This document shows positions 1-8,946 of a DNA stretch of 64,000 bases, piece by piece. A program made the translations under genes and the position numbers. Below the pieces are notes generated by a model. The model saw only the letters and a program-made list of their open reading frames with translations, made no database searches and was not told the origin of the DNA. Source of the stretch: an uncultured Alphaproteobacteria bacterium (GTDB taxonomy: Bacteria; Pseudomonadota; Alphaproteobacteria; UBA9655); contig CAZSAH010000001.1 in NCBI GenBank assembly GCA_964605015.1, positions 55,168-119,167 of the forward strand. Direction: 5' to 3'. Every line of letters begins with the position of its first letter. Position 1 is the stretch's first letter.

Positions 1-1424
1 AGACCGTTCCTTACTTTTTGTTCATCAAAGAATATTATCTTATGAGCTCTCGTTGGTTACAAAATCTTGTGACCCAAGTTGAGGGGCTTGATGACGCCAC
101 CCTGCAAAAGCTTCAATTTTATACGAATCAATTGGTGGAGGCCGTGTCTCCAAGCAATTTCCCTCTGAGCAATCCTGAGGTTTTAGAAGAGCTTATCAAG
201 ACTCAAGGGGGATCCCTTCAAAAAGGATTCGAAACCCTATTGGAAGATATGAGCGCCGGCCGAGGGATGATCATGACGGACCCCGCAGCCTTCACCCTTG
301 GAGAAACCCTTGCGACAACCCAAGGAGACGTTATTTTTCGCAATGATCTTTTTGAATTGATTCATTATTTTCCCTTGACGAAAAAGCAATATGCCACTCC
401 TCTTTTGATTATTCCTCCTTGGATTAATAAGTATTATATTTTCGACTTGAGTCCCAGTAATTCCTTTGTCAAATGGATGCTGGAACAGGGGCATAATGTC
501 TTTATCATGTCCTGGGTGAACCCAGGGGCGGAGCTGGGTCTCAAGACGTTTGAAGACTATCTTTTAGAGGGGGCCTATCGCGCTTGCGAGATTGTCACCT
601 CTCGAACACAAAGTCCGTCCCTGCATGCCATGGGCTATTGTGTAGGAGGAGATCTGTTGACGGCACTCAGTGCCTACCTCGCAAAAACTCCTGCTCCTTT
701 TTCTCTTCAAACCATGACCCTGCTTGCCACGATTATTGATTTCTCAAAGGCAGGGGATCTGAAGATCTTCATGGATGATGAGCACCTTCAGCACATTGAA
801 GAGGTTATGATCCAAAAAGGCTTTGTAGATGTCGAGATCATGAAATCCATTTTTAGCCTGCTACGCCCCAAAGAGATGGTGTGGTCGTTTTTCATCAAAA
901 ATTACCTTTTAGGCCAAGTGCCGCCTGCCTTTGATTTTCTCTATTGGAATTCCGATTCGACGCGCATTCCAGCCGCCCTCCATCGCTTTGTTTTGCGAAA
1001 ATGGTTTCAACAAAATCTTCTTATGGCGCCTGGGGGAATTGATATCAACGACGTTTCTCTTGATTTGAAAGATATTACAACGCCCACTTTATTCCTTTCC
1101 ACCCTCGAGGATCATATTTCCCCCTGGAAAAGTAGCTATCCAGCCGTTCATCTTTTCAAGGGACCTTTGAAGTTTATCCTTGCAGGATCGGGTCATGTGG
1201 CGGGCGTGATGAATCCGCCCGCACGCCATAAATACGGTTTTTTTACACATTCTGAGTTTCCCGAGAACGCTGAGGACTGGCTTACGGCTGCGACAAAATT
1301 TGAGGGATCTTGGTGGACAGAGTGGCATGACTGGGTTGTTTCTTTTGGTAAAAAAAAGGGGGTTCCTATGGCCTCTTACCCCATCCTTGAATCTGCCCCT
1401 GGCACGTACGTAAGAGAAAAATGA
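1..1424 (+). CDS. phaC: Class I poly(3-hydroxyalkanoate) synthase, 5' end outside the window
   Basis: The frame is open from nt 3, so the track Met at 18 is internal. Lipase box G-Y-C-V-G-G has its Cys codon at 639-641, about 110 aa closer to the N-terminus than in full-length class I PhaC, so the gene is cut by the window edge. Thiolase, reductase and phasin genes follow. Confidence 0.9.
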   Translation, partial: TVPYFLFIKEYYLMSSRWLQNLVTQVEGLDDATLQKLQFYTNQLVEAVSPSNFPLSNPEVLEELIKTQGGSLQKGFETLLEDMSAGRGMIMTDPAAFTLGETLATTQGDVIFRNDLFELIHYFPLTKKQYATPLLIIPPWINKYYIFDLSPSNSFVKWMLEQGHNVFIMSWVNPGAELGLKTFEDYLLEGAYRACEIVTSRTQSPSLHAMGYCVGGDLLTALSAYLAKTPAPFSLQTMTLLATIIDFSKAGDLKIFMDDEHLQHIEEVMIQKGFVDVEIMKSIFSLLRPKEMVWSFFIKNYLLGQVPPAFDFLYWNSDSTRIPAALHRFVLRKWFQQNLLMAPGGIDINDVSLDLKDITTPTLFLSTLEDHISPWKSSYPAVHLFKGPLKFILAGSGHVAGVMNPPARHKYGFFTHSEFPENAEDWLTAATKFEGSWWTEWHDWVVSFGKKKGVPMASYPILESAPGTYVREK

Positions 1425-1450
1425 ATGGATCAAAAACAAAGGAGTTAACT

Positions 1451-2638
1451 ATGTCAGAAGAATCAATAGTCATCGTTTCAGCCCAACGCATTCCGACGGG
1501 GTCATTCCAAGGGGCTTATCAAACGATGAGCGCCGTTCAACTCGGGGCAGCCGCCATTAAGGGAGCTTTGAGCGCTGCAAAAATTTCCGGGGACGATATT
1601 GATGAGGTGCTCATGGGGTGTGTGCTGCCTGCGGGATTGGGGCAAGCGCCTGCCCGTCAAGCCGCTCTCCATGCGGGACTCCCTGATAAGGTAGAATGTG
1701 TGACTCTCAATAAAGTGTGCGGCTCAGGGTTGAAATCAGTCATGATCGCCCACGACTTGATCCGAGCCGGGTCCGCAAACATTGCCCTTGCAGGCGGGAT
1801 GGAAAGCATGACAAATGCCCCTTATTTGCTGCCAGGGGCGCGCGCAGGATTCCGAATGGGCACCCATCAGGTACTCGACCATATGCTTCTTGATGGCCTA
1901 GAGGATTCCTTTAGTGGGGGGACATCTATGGCAATTCTTGCTGAAAACACAGCTGAAAAATATGGGTTTACCCGAGAGCAGCAGGACGCCTATGCGATTG
2001 AATCGGACAAACGAGCTTTAGCTGCCATAGAAAAGGGATATTTTGACCAAGAAATTGTGCCTGTCTTGGTCTCCACTAAAAAAGAAACACTCACTGTTGA
2101 GAAGGATGAGCCCCCTCAAAAAATTAATTTTGATAAAATCCCTCTTCTAAAGCCGTCCTTTAAAAAAGAGGGCACCATAACGGCAGCCAATTCAAGTTCC
2201 ATCAGTGATGGGGCCGCAGCGGTCGTCCTTATGAAAGAAAGTGACGCTCAAAAGCGACATCTTAAGCCGCTCGCCAGAATTGTTGCCCATGCCCAGTATT
2301 CGCGTGAACCTGAAGGATTTACACTTGCCCCCAGTGGCGCTATTGAAAAAGTCCTTAAAAAAGCGGACTGGAGCAAGGACGAGGTCGATTTCTATGAAAT
2401 TAACGAAGCTTTTGCCGTTGTGGTGATGGCCGTTATGAAAGATTTAGGCCTCACCCATGAACACGTCAATGTTCACGGGGGCGCTTGTGCCCTTGGTCAC
2501 CCTATTGGGGCAACGGGTGCAAAACTTCTCACCACCCTTATTTATGCCCTTAAAACGCATCACAAGAAAAAGGGTGTGGTCGCCCTCTGCATTGGAGGAG
2601 GAGAAGCGGTGGCAATGGCTGTAGAGAGCGTGGAGTAA
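1451..2638 (+). CDS. phaA: Acetyl-CoA acetyltransferase (biosynthetic thiolase)
   Basis: Thiolase signatures NKVCGSGL (active-site Cys), NVHGGACALGHPIGATGA and CIGGGEAVAM. ATG 1451 is preceded by AAAGGAG (1437-1443). The track Met at 1421 overlaps the phaC stop and is less likely. Confidence 0.9.
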   Translation: MSEESIVIVSAQRIPTGSFQGAYQTMSAVQLGAAAIKGALSAAKISGDDIDEVLMGCVLPAGLGQAPARQAALHAGLPDKVECVTLNKVCGSGLKSVMIAHDLIRAGSANIALAGGMESMTNAPYLLPGARAGFRMGTHQVLDHMLLDGLEDSFSGGTSMAILAENTAEKYGFTREQQDAYAIESDKRALAAIEKGYFDQEIVPVLVSTKKETLTVEKDEPPQKINFDKIPLLKPSFKKEGTITAANSSSISDGAAAVVLMKESDAQKRHLKPLARIVAHAQYSREPEGFTLAPSGAIEKVLKKADWSKDEVDFYEINEAFAVVVMAVMKDLGLTHEHVNVHGGACALGHPIGATGAKLLTTLIYALKTHHKKKGVVALCIGGGEAVAMAVESVE

Positions 2639-2644
2639 TGAGAC

Positions 2645-2858
2645 AACTGTTTGAATTTACACTATTGTCATCCCCGCGAAGGCGGGGATCCAGATAGCGC
2701 TTTGATTTTTCAAATAAAGTTAAAAAAGGTTGCATTCCTACGGAATGCGTTGTTTTTACTGGATCCCCGCCTTCGCGGGGATGACAAGCATTATTATGCA
2801 GGGATAATACTATAAGTTCAAATAGTTGCCTAATTCTCAACGTCGAATTGAGGTTAGA
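2645..2858. repeat. MITE/REPIN-like composite palindromic element (hairpin family 1 doublet)
   Basis: Inverted pair of TTGTCAT-CCCCGCGAAGGCGGGG-ATCC units (2665-2691 and inverted 2761-2788) around a ~70-bp core. Outer arms are AACTGTTTGAATTTACACTATT and AATACTATAAGTTCAAATAGTT. The same architecture recurs at 10370-10585. Confidence 0.85.
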
Positions 2859-2866
2859 TTAACACC

Positions 2867-3637
2867 CTATCTCGCCGTATATCCCCCATCAATAACAAGT
2901 TCACTGCCCGTCACGAACTTGGATTCGTCAGATGCAAGATAGAGAATGCCATAAGCAATATCATCTGGTTCCCCCATATGACCGAGGGGATGTAGGCCGT
3001 CTAAATGCTTAAACAAAGCAGCAGGTCCCCCAGGGAATTGTTTTCCTAGTGTTTCGGTAAGAGGTGTCATAATAAAGCCAGGATGAATGGAGTTCACTCT
3101 TATCTTGTCCCGTGCATAATACATCGCATCTGTCTTTGACATTAAGCGCACAGCTCCTTTAGACGCATGATAGGGAGGGACATCATGGGCGCCCGTCAGT
3201 CCATAGATAGAGGAGAGGTTGATAATGCTCCCGCCCTTATTTTGTTGAAGATAAGGAATCACATGCTTTGTGCAGAAAAAAACACCCTTCACATTGATGT
3301 CCATCACAGCATCCCATTCAGCTTCGCTGATTTCATGGGGCGGCTTGTTAGCCCCTGCAATGCCTGCATTGTTGACAAGAACATCTATTTTGCCAAACTT
3401 TGTATTTATGTCATTAAAGACTTGTTCGACCTCTTTTTCATTGGCGGTGTTTAAATGCCAAAAATGCGCCTGCCCCCCATTTTTTTGAATTTCCTTAACA
3501 ACTTTCTGGCCGTCTTCTTCCTTAATATCCGTTACAGCGACTTTTGCACCGTGCTGAGCGCATAACAAAGCAGCGGCTTTGCCTATTCCCAAAGCGGCCC
3601 CTGTAATAATAATCGATTTATCTTTGACTCTTTTCAT
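2867..3637 (-). CDS. Short-chain dehydrogenase/reductase (classical SDR, substrate unknown)
   Basis: TGAALGIGKAAAL (TGxxxGxG), NNAG, and YHASKGAV (YxxxK) motifs; 256 aa. Confidence 0.85.
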   Translation of the reverse strand: MKRVKDKSIIITGAALGIGKAAALLCAQHGAKVAVTDIKEEDGQKVVKEIQKNGGQAHFWHLNTANEKEVEQVFNDINTKFGKIDVLVNNAGIAGANKPPHEISEAEWDAVMDINVKGVFFCTKHVIPYLQQNKGGSIINLSSIYGLTGAHDVPPYHASKGAVRLMSKTDAMYYARDKIRVNSIHPGFIMTPLTETLGKQFPGGPAALFKHLDGLHPLGHMGEPDDIAYGILYLASDESKFVTGSELVIDGGYTAR

Positions 3638-3735
3638 CTATCCCCCCCTTCTGTTATCCTTTCACAATAGGGGGATTTTTTTAATTTATCGTTAAGAAGC
3701 ATCTTGTTTTTTTCAATACAACTGATGAAGAAGAA

Positions 3736-4503
3736 ATGAAAAATCTAAAGGGTAAAAAGGGGTTGGTCATAGGCATTGCCAATGAGGACTCTATTGCATG
3801 GGGCTGCGCGAAAGCCTTTCATGAGGGGGGAGCTGACCTTGCGATCACTTATCTCAATGAGAAAGCCGAACCTTACGTACGGCCCTTGGCAGAAGACGTC
3901 GGGGCTCAGATTGTCATGCCCTTAAATGTCCAAGATAAGGGTCAGATGAATGCCGTCTTTGAGGCCATAAAGCAAACTTGGGGACACCTTGATTTTCTCC
4001 TTCATGCTATTGCTTTTGCTCCCCAGCAAGACCTACAGGGACGGGTCGTTGATGTCTCTCGCGAAGGGTTTTTGACAGCCATGGATGTCTCTTGTTATTC
4101 CTTCCTCCATCTTGCCCGTTTGGCTGAACCGCTCATGACGACGGGAGGGTCCCTGCTGACGACAACCTTTTATGGGGGAGAAAAAGTTGTTAACCAGTAT
4201 GGGGTGATGGGGCCTGCCAAAGCGGCCTTAGATGGGATTGTAAAATATCTCGCTGCTGACATGGGAGCGAAGAAAATTCGGGTCAATGCCCTGTCTCCTG
4301 GGCCAATCCCCACGCGAGCCGCAAGAGGTCTTCCCGATTTTGACGCCCTTTTGCAGCTTGCGATTCAAAAATCTCCCCTTCATGAGCCTATTTCTATTCA
4401 GGCTGTCGGGGCGTATGCGCGATTCTTAGTGAGCGATGAGGCCCAGCTTGTGACCGGCACCACAGCTTATGTTGATGCAGGATTTAATATCATAGCGGGG
4501 TGA
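3736..4503 (+). CDS. fabI: Enoyl-[acyl-carrier-protein] reductase (NADH), FabI type
   Basis: The N-terminus LKGKKGLVIGIANEDSIAWGCAKAF is typical of FabI. 255 aa, with a conserved Y...K region (YGVMGPAKAAL). Confidence 0.85.
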   Translation: MKNLKGKKGLVIGIANEDSIAWGCAKAFHEGGADLAITYLNEKAEPYVRPLAEDVGAQIVMPLNVQDKGQMNAVFEAIKQTWGHLDFLLHAIAFAPQQDLQGRVVDVSREGFLTAMDVSCYSFLHLARLAEPLMTTGGSLLTTTFYGGEKVVNQYGVMGPAKAALDGIVKYLAADMGAKKIRVNALSPGPIPTRAARGLPDFDALLQLAIQKSPLHEPISIQAVGAYARFLVSDEAQLVTGTTAYVDAGFNIIAG

Positions 4504-4585
4504 GAAAATCATCCCTATTTACCCTTTGTTAAGAAATTTATGAGAGACTTAATTATGTTCATAAATTTTAAAACAAGCGGCTCTT

Positions 4586-5308
4586 ATGAAAAGATTAGCA
4601 TTAGTGACAGGGGGAACTCGTGGAATCGGAGCCTCTATCTCTCAAAAGTTAAAAGAAGCAGGGTATAGAGTTGCCTCTGTCTATTATGGGAATGATAAGG
4701 CTGCTCAGGCCTTTCGTCAGCAAACAGATATTCCCACATATAAGTGGGATGTCAGCAATTTTAAGGCTTGTCAGGACGGCATTGCACGCGTTAGCCAGGA
4801 CCTGGGACCCATTGATATTCTTGTGAACAACGCGGGGATTACACGCGATGGGGCTCTCCATAAAATGGAGCCTGCCCAGTGGGAAGAGGTCATCCAAACA
4901 AATCTGAACTCCTGCTTTAACATGTGTCGCCACGTAATTGAGCCGATGCGCGCGCGTGGATTTGGGCGCATTATTAATATCAGCTCCATCAATGGCCAAA
5001 AAGGTCAATTTGGCCAAACAAATTATTCAGCTGCAAAGGCCGGAATTATTGGCCTTACAAAAGCCTTGGCGCAAGAGAGTGCGCTTAAGGGAATTACGGT
5101 CAATGCCATTGCCCCAGGCTATATTAACACAGACATGCTGCAAAGCATTTCAGAGCCAATCTTGGCGCAAATTACTCAGCAAATTCCTATGAACCGCCTT
5201 GGGAAACCTGATGAGGTTGCGGCCACAGTTCTTTTTCTAGTGTCCGAGGCTGCTGGGTTTATGACAGGGGCAACACTCACCCTGAATGGCGGTCAGTATT
5301 TTGTATGA
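4586..5308 (+). CDS. phaB: Acetoacetyl-CoA reductase
   Basis: Near-colinear with canonical PhaB: ALVTGGTRGIGASIS, YKWDVS, LVNNAGITRD, ISSINGQKGQFGQTNYSAAKAG and NGGQYF C-terminus. 240 aa. Confidence 0.9.
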   Translation: MKRLALVTGGTRGIGASISQKLKEAGYRVASVYYGNDKAAQAFRQQTDIPTYKWDVSNFKACQDGIARVSQDLGPIDILVNNAGITRDGALHKMEPAQWEEVIQTNLNSCFNMCRHVIEPMRARGFGRIINISSINGQKGQFGQTNYSAAKAGIIGLTKALAQESALKGITVNAIAPGYINTDMLQSISEPILAQITQQIPMNRLGKPDEVAATVLFLVSEAAGFMTGATLTLNGGQYFV

Positions 5309-5350
5309 TTTCACTATATTAAAACAACTTTAAACAAAGGAGAGACGATC

Positions 5351-5773
5351 ATGGCTAAAGACTCAAACGAAGGATTAGGTGCATTTAAGAACTTTAAATT
5401 CCCAGGCATTGACATGGAAGCGCTGATGGAAAGTCATCGAAAAAACTTAGAATTGATGAACAAAAATCAACAGATTGTTATTGAAACGACACAATCTCTG
5501 ATGGAACTTCAAAATCAATATATCAAGAATGCTTTTGAGATGTGGAATGAAAACATAAAACAATGCTGTTCTAAGTCCCCTCTTGAAGAGAAAACAGCTC
5601 AACAGTCAGAAGCTGCCCAAGAAACGACCGATAAAGCCATAGAGCATTTGCGCAACATTAATTCCGTCATTGCAAAATCAACTGAAAAAATGAATGAATC
5701 CCTCCAAAAGCGATTCAAAGAAGGCTTAGAGGAATCTTCAAGGATGACGAAGAAAGGCACAGATCGGAGCTAG
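5351..5773 (+). CDS. Phasin-family PHA granule-associated protein
   Basis: 140 aa, helical and low complexity. The ...DMEALMESHRKNLELMNKNQQIVIETTQSL... pattern is typical of alphaproteobacterial phasins. Sits next to phaB. RBS AAAGGAGAG lies upstream. Confidence 0.75.
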   Translation: MAKDSNEGLGAFKNFKFPGIDMEALMESHRKNLELMNKNQQIVIETTQSLMELQNQYIKNAFEMWNENIKQCCSKSPLEEKTAQQSEAAQETTDKAIEHLRNINSVIAKSTEKMNESLQKRFKEGLEESSRMTKKGTDRS

Positions 5774-5780
5774 ATTCGTT

Positions 5781-5976
5781 GCGGACAAGATCCCACTTTT
5801 GTCAGGTATGAAAAGAATTGACGCTAGAAGAGCTTGATTTGCGAAGCAAATCCTAGGCCTGTCTGACCTGAGGATCTTGCCCACAATACACAAGGTCCTC
5901 GGGTCAAGAAAAGTTAATGTTTTCCTAACGAAAAACAAAGCATTTCTAGGTCGCGGACAAAAGTGGGGATAACAAG
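5781..5976. repeat. Degenerate MITE-like element (hairpin family 3 relative)
   Basis: Terminal inverted repeats GATCCCACTTTTGTC (5789-5803) and GACAAAAGTGGGGAT (5956-5970). The interior is a decayed copy of the stem-loop series seen at 6461-6610 and 13530-13670. Confidence 0.7.
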
Positions 5977-6085
5977 AAGAGAAAAATTGTCGGGCGCTAA
6001 GGATTTTTTCTGTTGAATCTTGACCTTTTCCAAAATGTCATTTAAATGAGAAGATAATTTTTACACAATGAGAGGAAGACATAGC

Positions 6086-6403
6086 ATGGCACGGGAATGT
6101 GACATTACAGGAAAAAAGGTCATGAGTGGAAATAACGTGTCTCATGCGAACAATAAATCACGGCGAACATTTGCGCCAAATCTGCAACAAGCCTCCTTTT
6201 CAAGCGACGCCTTGAATGCAAAGGTACGCCTGCGGGTGTCTGCAGCAGGCCTTCGGACTGTTGAGAAAAATGGCGGGATTGACTCATTTTTAACAACAAC
6301 AGCTGATCGCAAGCTGACAGCCGCTGCTCGTCGTCTCAAACGTCAACTGGAAAAAAAGTGCTGCCCCCATGACCATGGAGAGGGACATCACCACCACGAT
6401 TAG
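6086..6403 (+). CDS. rpmB: 50S ribosomal protein L28 with Cys/His-rich C-terminal tail
   Basis: [34 protein letters not shown] is the L28 signature. ATG 6086 is preceded by GAGAGGAAG. The tail [14 protein letters not shown] (6359-6400) is unusual. Confidence 0.9.
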   Translation: MARECDITGKKVMSGNNVSHANNKSRRTFAPNLQQASFSSDALNAKVRLRVSAAGLRTVEKNGGIDSFLTTTADRKLTAAARRLKRQLEKKCCPHDHGEGHHHHD

Positions 6404-6444
6404 TCGGGGTGGTCTTTCTTTTTTTTTGGGGTGTTTACCCCCTC

Positions 6445-6700
6445 CTGTCATCCTATTTTTTGTCATCCCCGACTTAGAAGTTCTTGATTTGCAACGCAAA
6501 TCTTAGAACTTCTTGATCGGGGATCTTATTCGTTACGCGCAAGATCCTCGGTTCAAGAAAAGTCATTGTTTTTCTTCGAAAAACAAGCCTTTTCTAGACC
6601 GAGGATGACAAGTGGGGGCGGGGATGACAAGTATTGTTATGCAGAGATAATACTATAAATTCAAACAGTTCTTAATTTTCGATGTCGAACTGGCGTTAAA
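6445..6700. repeat. Composite palindromic repeat element (hairpin family 3 plus family 1-type outer arm)
   Basis: Long imperfect palindrome TGTCAT-CCCCGACTTAGAAGTTCTTGATTTGC...TCGGGG-ATC (6461-6525). Further stem-loops follow (GGATCTT/CAAGATCC; CCTCGGT/ACCGAGG), then GATGACAAG units. The outer arm AATACTATAAATTCAAACAGTT...GTCGAAC matches the one at 2800-2858. Confidence 0.8.
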
Positions 6701-6705
6701 TACAG

Positions 6706-7878
6706 TTACCTAGTTAAGGGACCTATATATTCTCGTTCTTGAAGGAAACATTCATTTAAACGTAGCCAATTGTATAGTTCCTGACTTCCAAAGAGTGCAG
6801 TTGGTGGTATATAGGTACGATATCGATCTGGCATTTCATATCTGCCGGTTAACCCTTCACCAAGAGCAGCAAGCAATACAGTCTCACCAGGTTCTCCCTT
6901 CTTCCATAAGGAAGCATAGAGAAAGGGCAGCCTAAGATTTTCGCTAGATGGCCTTCTTAACACAAATTGCTTGCTGGCGGATACGCCTCCGAATCCGTAT
7001 TCAGGAGTGCAATAATAAGGCTTCATTATATCTACTAAATAAGGAATGTTGGCATGCTCTAAAATGTCAGTCAAACCATAACCATACCCTCTGTGAGCAA
7101 TATTATCCGATGTGTTGAATTTAATATCATCTGTAATCATCAACCCTGTTTCAGGACGCAAAGAATTATATACGTCTTGAAAATCTCCCGTTTGATCTAG
7201 TAGATGAAGCCAAGTAGAACGAGAAATAACAAGATCAAACAATACATTTTGAAGGCCTCGTTCTCTCATTGAATCGCGGAAGTTTTCGATTTTAAAAGAT
7301 CCGTATCGATGAACGGTGCAACAAGGTAACTCTGTCACTTCTTGTTCGAGGTATTGTTCCCCACGTACACCCACAATATGTAATCTAAATTTCCTGTCGA
7401 ATTTTTGTGTGCCAATGTGCTTTGCAATAGCTTCACACAATTGAAAATTTCCTGCTCCGAAATCCATGACATAAAAGTCTTTTTGACTTTCTGGTGCAGT
7501 GTTAATCAAAACTGGAATAAGTCTATGTTCATCAATATCAGCAAGTCCATATTGGTGATCCCCGTTTAATTTCCAATCGCTCTTAGTATCTTTATTAACT
7601 TTAGAATATACAGCATCAATTGCTCGCTGAGCCTCTAAAGGACGCTGAGCAACTGCCAAGCCTGCCAATGCATCATCAGAGCTATCCATAGCTTGACAGG
7701 CAAGACTGTTGAAAAAAACGATTGCCCCAAAAATGCTTTTTAATAAGTTATACTTTTGTTTCTTACGCACTTTCTTGTTAGGAAAAAGAGAAAACATAAC
7801 CGTATACATCATAATTTCACCATCTGTTTTGAAATACTTACTGCACATATATATAATAAGACAAAAAAAGATCAACAA
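6706..7878 (-). CDS. Orphan secreted protein with class I SAM-methyltransferase-like core
   Basis: Motif I-like VMDFGAGNF and downstream LFDLVISRSTWLHL. The likely true start is Met at 7812/7809, giving a signal-peptide-like N-terminus (KSIFGAIVFFNSLACQA/MD). The gene looks AT-richer than its neighbours. I recognise no family beyond the fold motif. Confidence 0.55.
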   Translation of the reverse strand: MLIFFCLIIYMCSKYFKTDGEIMMYTVMFSLFPNKKVRKKQKYNLLKSIFGAIVFFNSLACQAMDSSDDALAGLAVAQRPLEAQRAIDAVYSKVNKDTKSDWKLNGDHQYGLADIDEHRLIPVLINTAPESQKDFYVMDFGAGNFQLCEAIAKHIGTQKFDRKFRLHIVGVRGEQYLEQEVTELPCCTVHRYGSFKIENFRDSMRERGLQNVLFDLVISRSTWLHLLDQTGDFQDVYNSLRPETGLMITDDIKFNTSDNIAHRGYGYGLTDILEHANIPYLVDIMKPYYCTPEYGFGGVSASKQFVLRRPSSENLRLPFLYASLWKKGEPGETVLLAALGEGLTGRYEMPDRYRTYIPPTALFGSQELYNWLRLNECFLQEREYIGPLTR

Positions 7879-7984
7879 TTATTTTGAGTTTCTTTCGTTA
7901 CTTTACAACATTCTGTTTTTAAAGGGTTTGCCTGGATCCCAGCTTTTGTGGATGATATGGAGGGCAGATGACAAGGATGCCTCC

Positions 7985-8521
7985 CTACCCTTGGCGCGCT
8001 AAAAACAAAGCAGAGAGCTTGCCATCTTTAAGTTTACTCCCCCGAGATGACCCAAACTCAAAGGCATACGCGTCTTTGAGGCACGATCCAAAGATCCCCG
8101 CGATGGTTGAGATGATCCCAACGGCCTCTCCAGGAAGGCTGGTACGATAAAGGGTAATGGTAACCAAACAAGAAATGAGGCCAAATGCTGCTGACATCAC
8201 CATGATATCCGCCCTCAAATTGCTGCGTCCGGCTTGTGCGAGCGCCATATCACGCAACCGTGCGCTCTCTCGGTCCTTGTATTCGCCCATCTCTAGCTCT
8301 TGATCCAGTTTTAAAACGGCTTGTTGAAATTGGATCAGCAACTGAGGATCGGTTTTAAGGGTTTGCAGAATTTTGAGGGGATCTGTCTCATTTGTGAGGG
8401 ATTGCGCCATACTCACAACCTTGTGGGCTGTTTTTTCGCCCTGCTCTCCATTGATCCAGCGACCAAGGAGAGGCACGACTTCTGTAAGAGCCTGGGCGAT
8501 TGTAAAAAGAGGAAAGGACAT
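7985..8521 (-). CDS. Putative phage/GTA-type holin (3 predicted TM segments)
   Basis: Lies immediately downstream of the endolysin (11-nt gap containing AGGGAGG). Has an N-terminal hydrophobic segment, a coiled middle and two C-terminal TM helices (IMVMSAAFGLISCLVTITLY, AVGIISTIAGIFGSCL). Layout resembles 3-TM holins paired with GTA endolysins. The call is positional and topological only. Confidence 0.5.
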   Translation of the reverse strand: MSFPLFTIAQALTEVVPLLGRWINGEQGEKTAHKVVSMAQSLTNETDPLKILQTLKTDPQLLIQFQQAVLKLDQELEMGEYKDRESARLRDMALAQAGRSNLRADIMVMSAAFGLISCLVTITLYRTSLPGEAVGIISTIAGIFGSCLKDAYAFEFGSSRGSKLKDGKLSALFLARQG

Positions 8522-8532
8522 GAGGCCTCCCT

Positions 8533-8946
8533 TTAATCGAGTTTATAGAAAATATGGCTGCCCAGGCGTACCCTCACCTTATCAGCGCGTGCCCAATAGG
8601 GTTTGCATGAGGTTGTGTGATAATGGTCGCCCCCGCGCGTTAAATCAGGCCATAGGCCCAGAGCCACTTTTTTGGCCACTTGTTGGGCGACCTTAAAGAG
8701 GGGATCTTTATCAAGATCTTCCTGGTGGATAAGAGAACAGTTGGGGTCATCTGCGTTCCAGCAAGAAAACTGGCGGGCTTTCAAGCAAACCTCCGTTAAG
8801 CTTTGTCCATATTTTTTGTTTCCTTTGAATCGGTTGACGATTACATTTGCCACCGCAATAAGGGCGGCTATTCCTACTTTTTTGTACTCTCCGCGAGCTT
8901 CTCCATAAAGAGTACGGGCGAGGATATCATAGTCATGGTCTGTCAT
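8533..8946 (-). CDS. Cell-wall hydrolase (SleB/Hydrolase_2 family) endolysin
   Basis: LARTLYGEARGE...AVANVIVNRF...QFSCWN motif series typical of SleB-type hydrolases. Start set to ATG 8946, which forms an ATGA overlap with the stop of the upstream ORF. The track start at 8976 would overlap by 34 nt. Confidence 0.8.
   Translation of the reverse strand: MTDHDYDILARTLYGEARGEYKKVGIAALIAVANVIVNRFKGNKKYGQSLTEVCLKARQFSCWNADDPNCSLIHQEDLDKDPLFKVAQQVAKKVALGLWPDLTRGGDHYHTTSCKPYWARADKVRVRLGSHIFYKLD

Noticed and set aside
2550-2840. 96-aa ORF on the - strand spanning the repeat element after phaA (contains ..HPREGGDPV.. and ..RLRGDDN..)
   Set aside because: It is the translation of the palindromic repeat (the same peptide-like strings arise wherever the CCCCGCGAAGGCGGGG hairpin occurs). 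It also overlaps the 3' end of phaA and has no RBS.
1-5773. fabI and an SDR gene embedded among phaC-phaA and phaB-phasin as something unusual
   Set aside because: PHB gene order is variable among alphaproteobacteria, and neighbouring lipid and redox genes are common. There is no sequence anomaly to support a special claim.
5738-6499. ORFs 5738-5938 (-), 6142-6339 (-) and 6290-6499 (-)
   Set aside because: The first and third run through degenerate repeat elements. The second is antisense to rpmB. None has an RBS or a recognisable motif.
7709-8184. ORFs 7709-8002 (+), 7968-8150 (+) and 7999-8184 (-)
   Set aside because: They are antisense to, or in alternative frames of, the methyltransferase-like and holin genes or the short spacer between them. 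They have no RBS and low-complexity translations.
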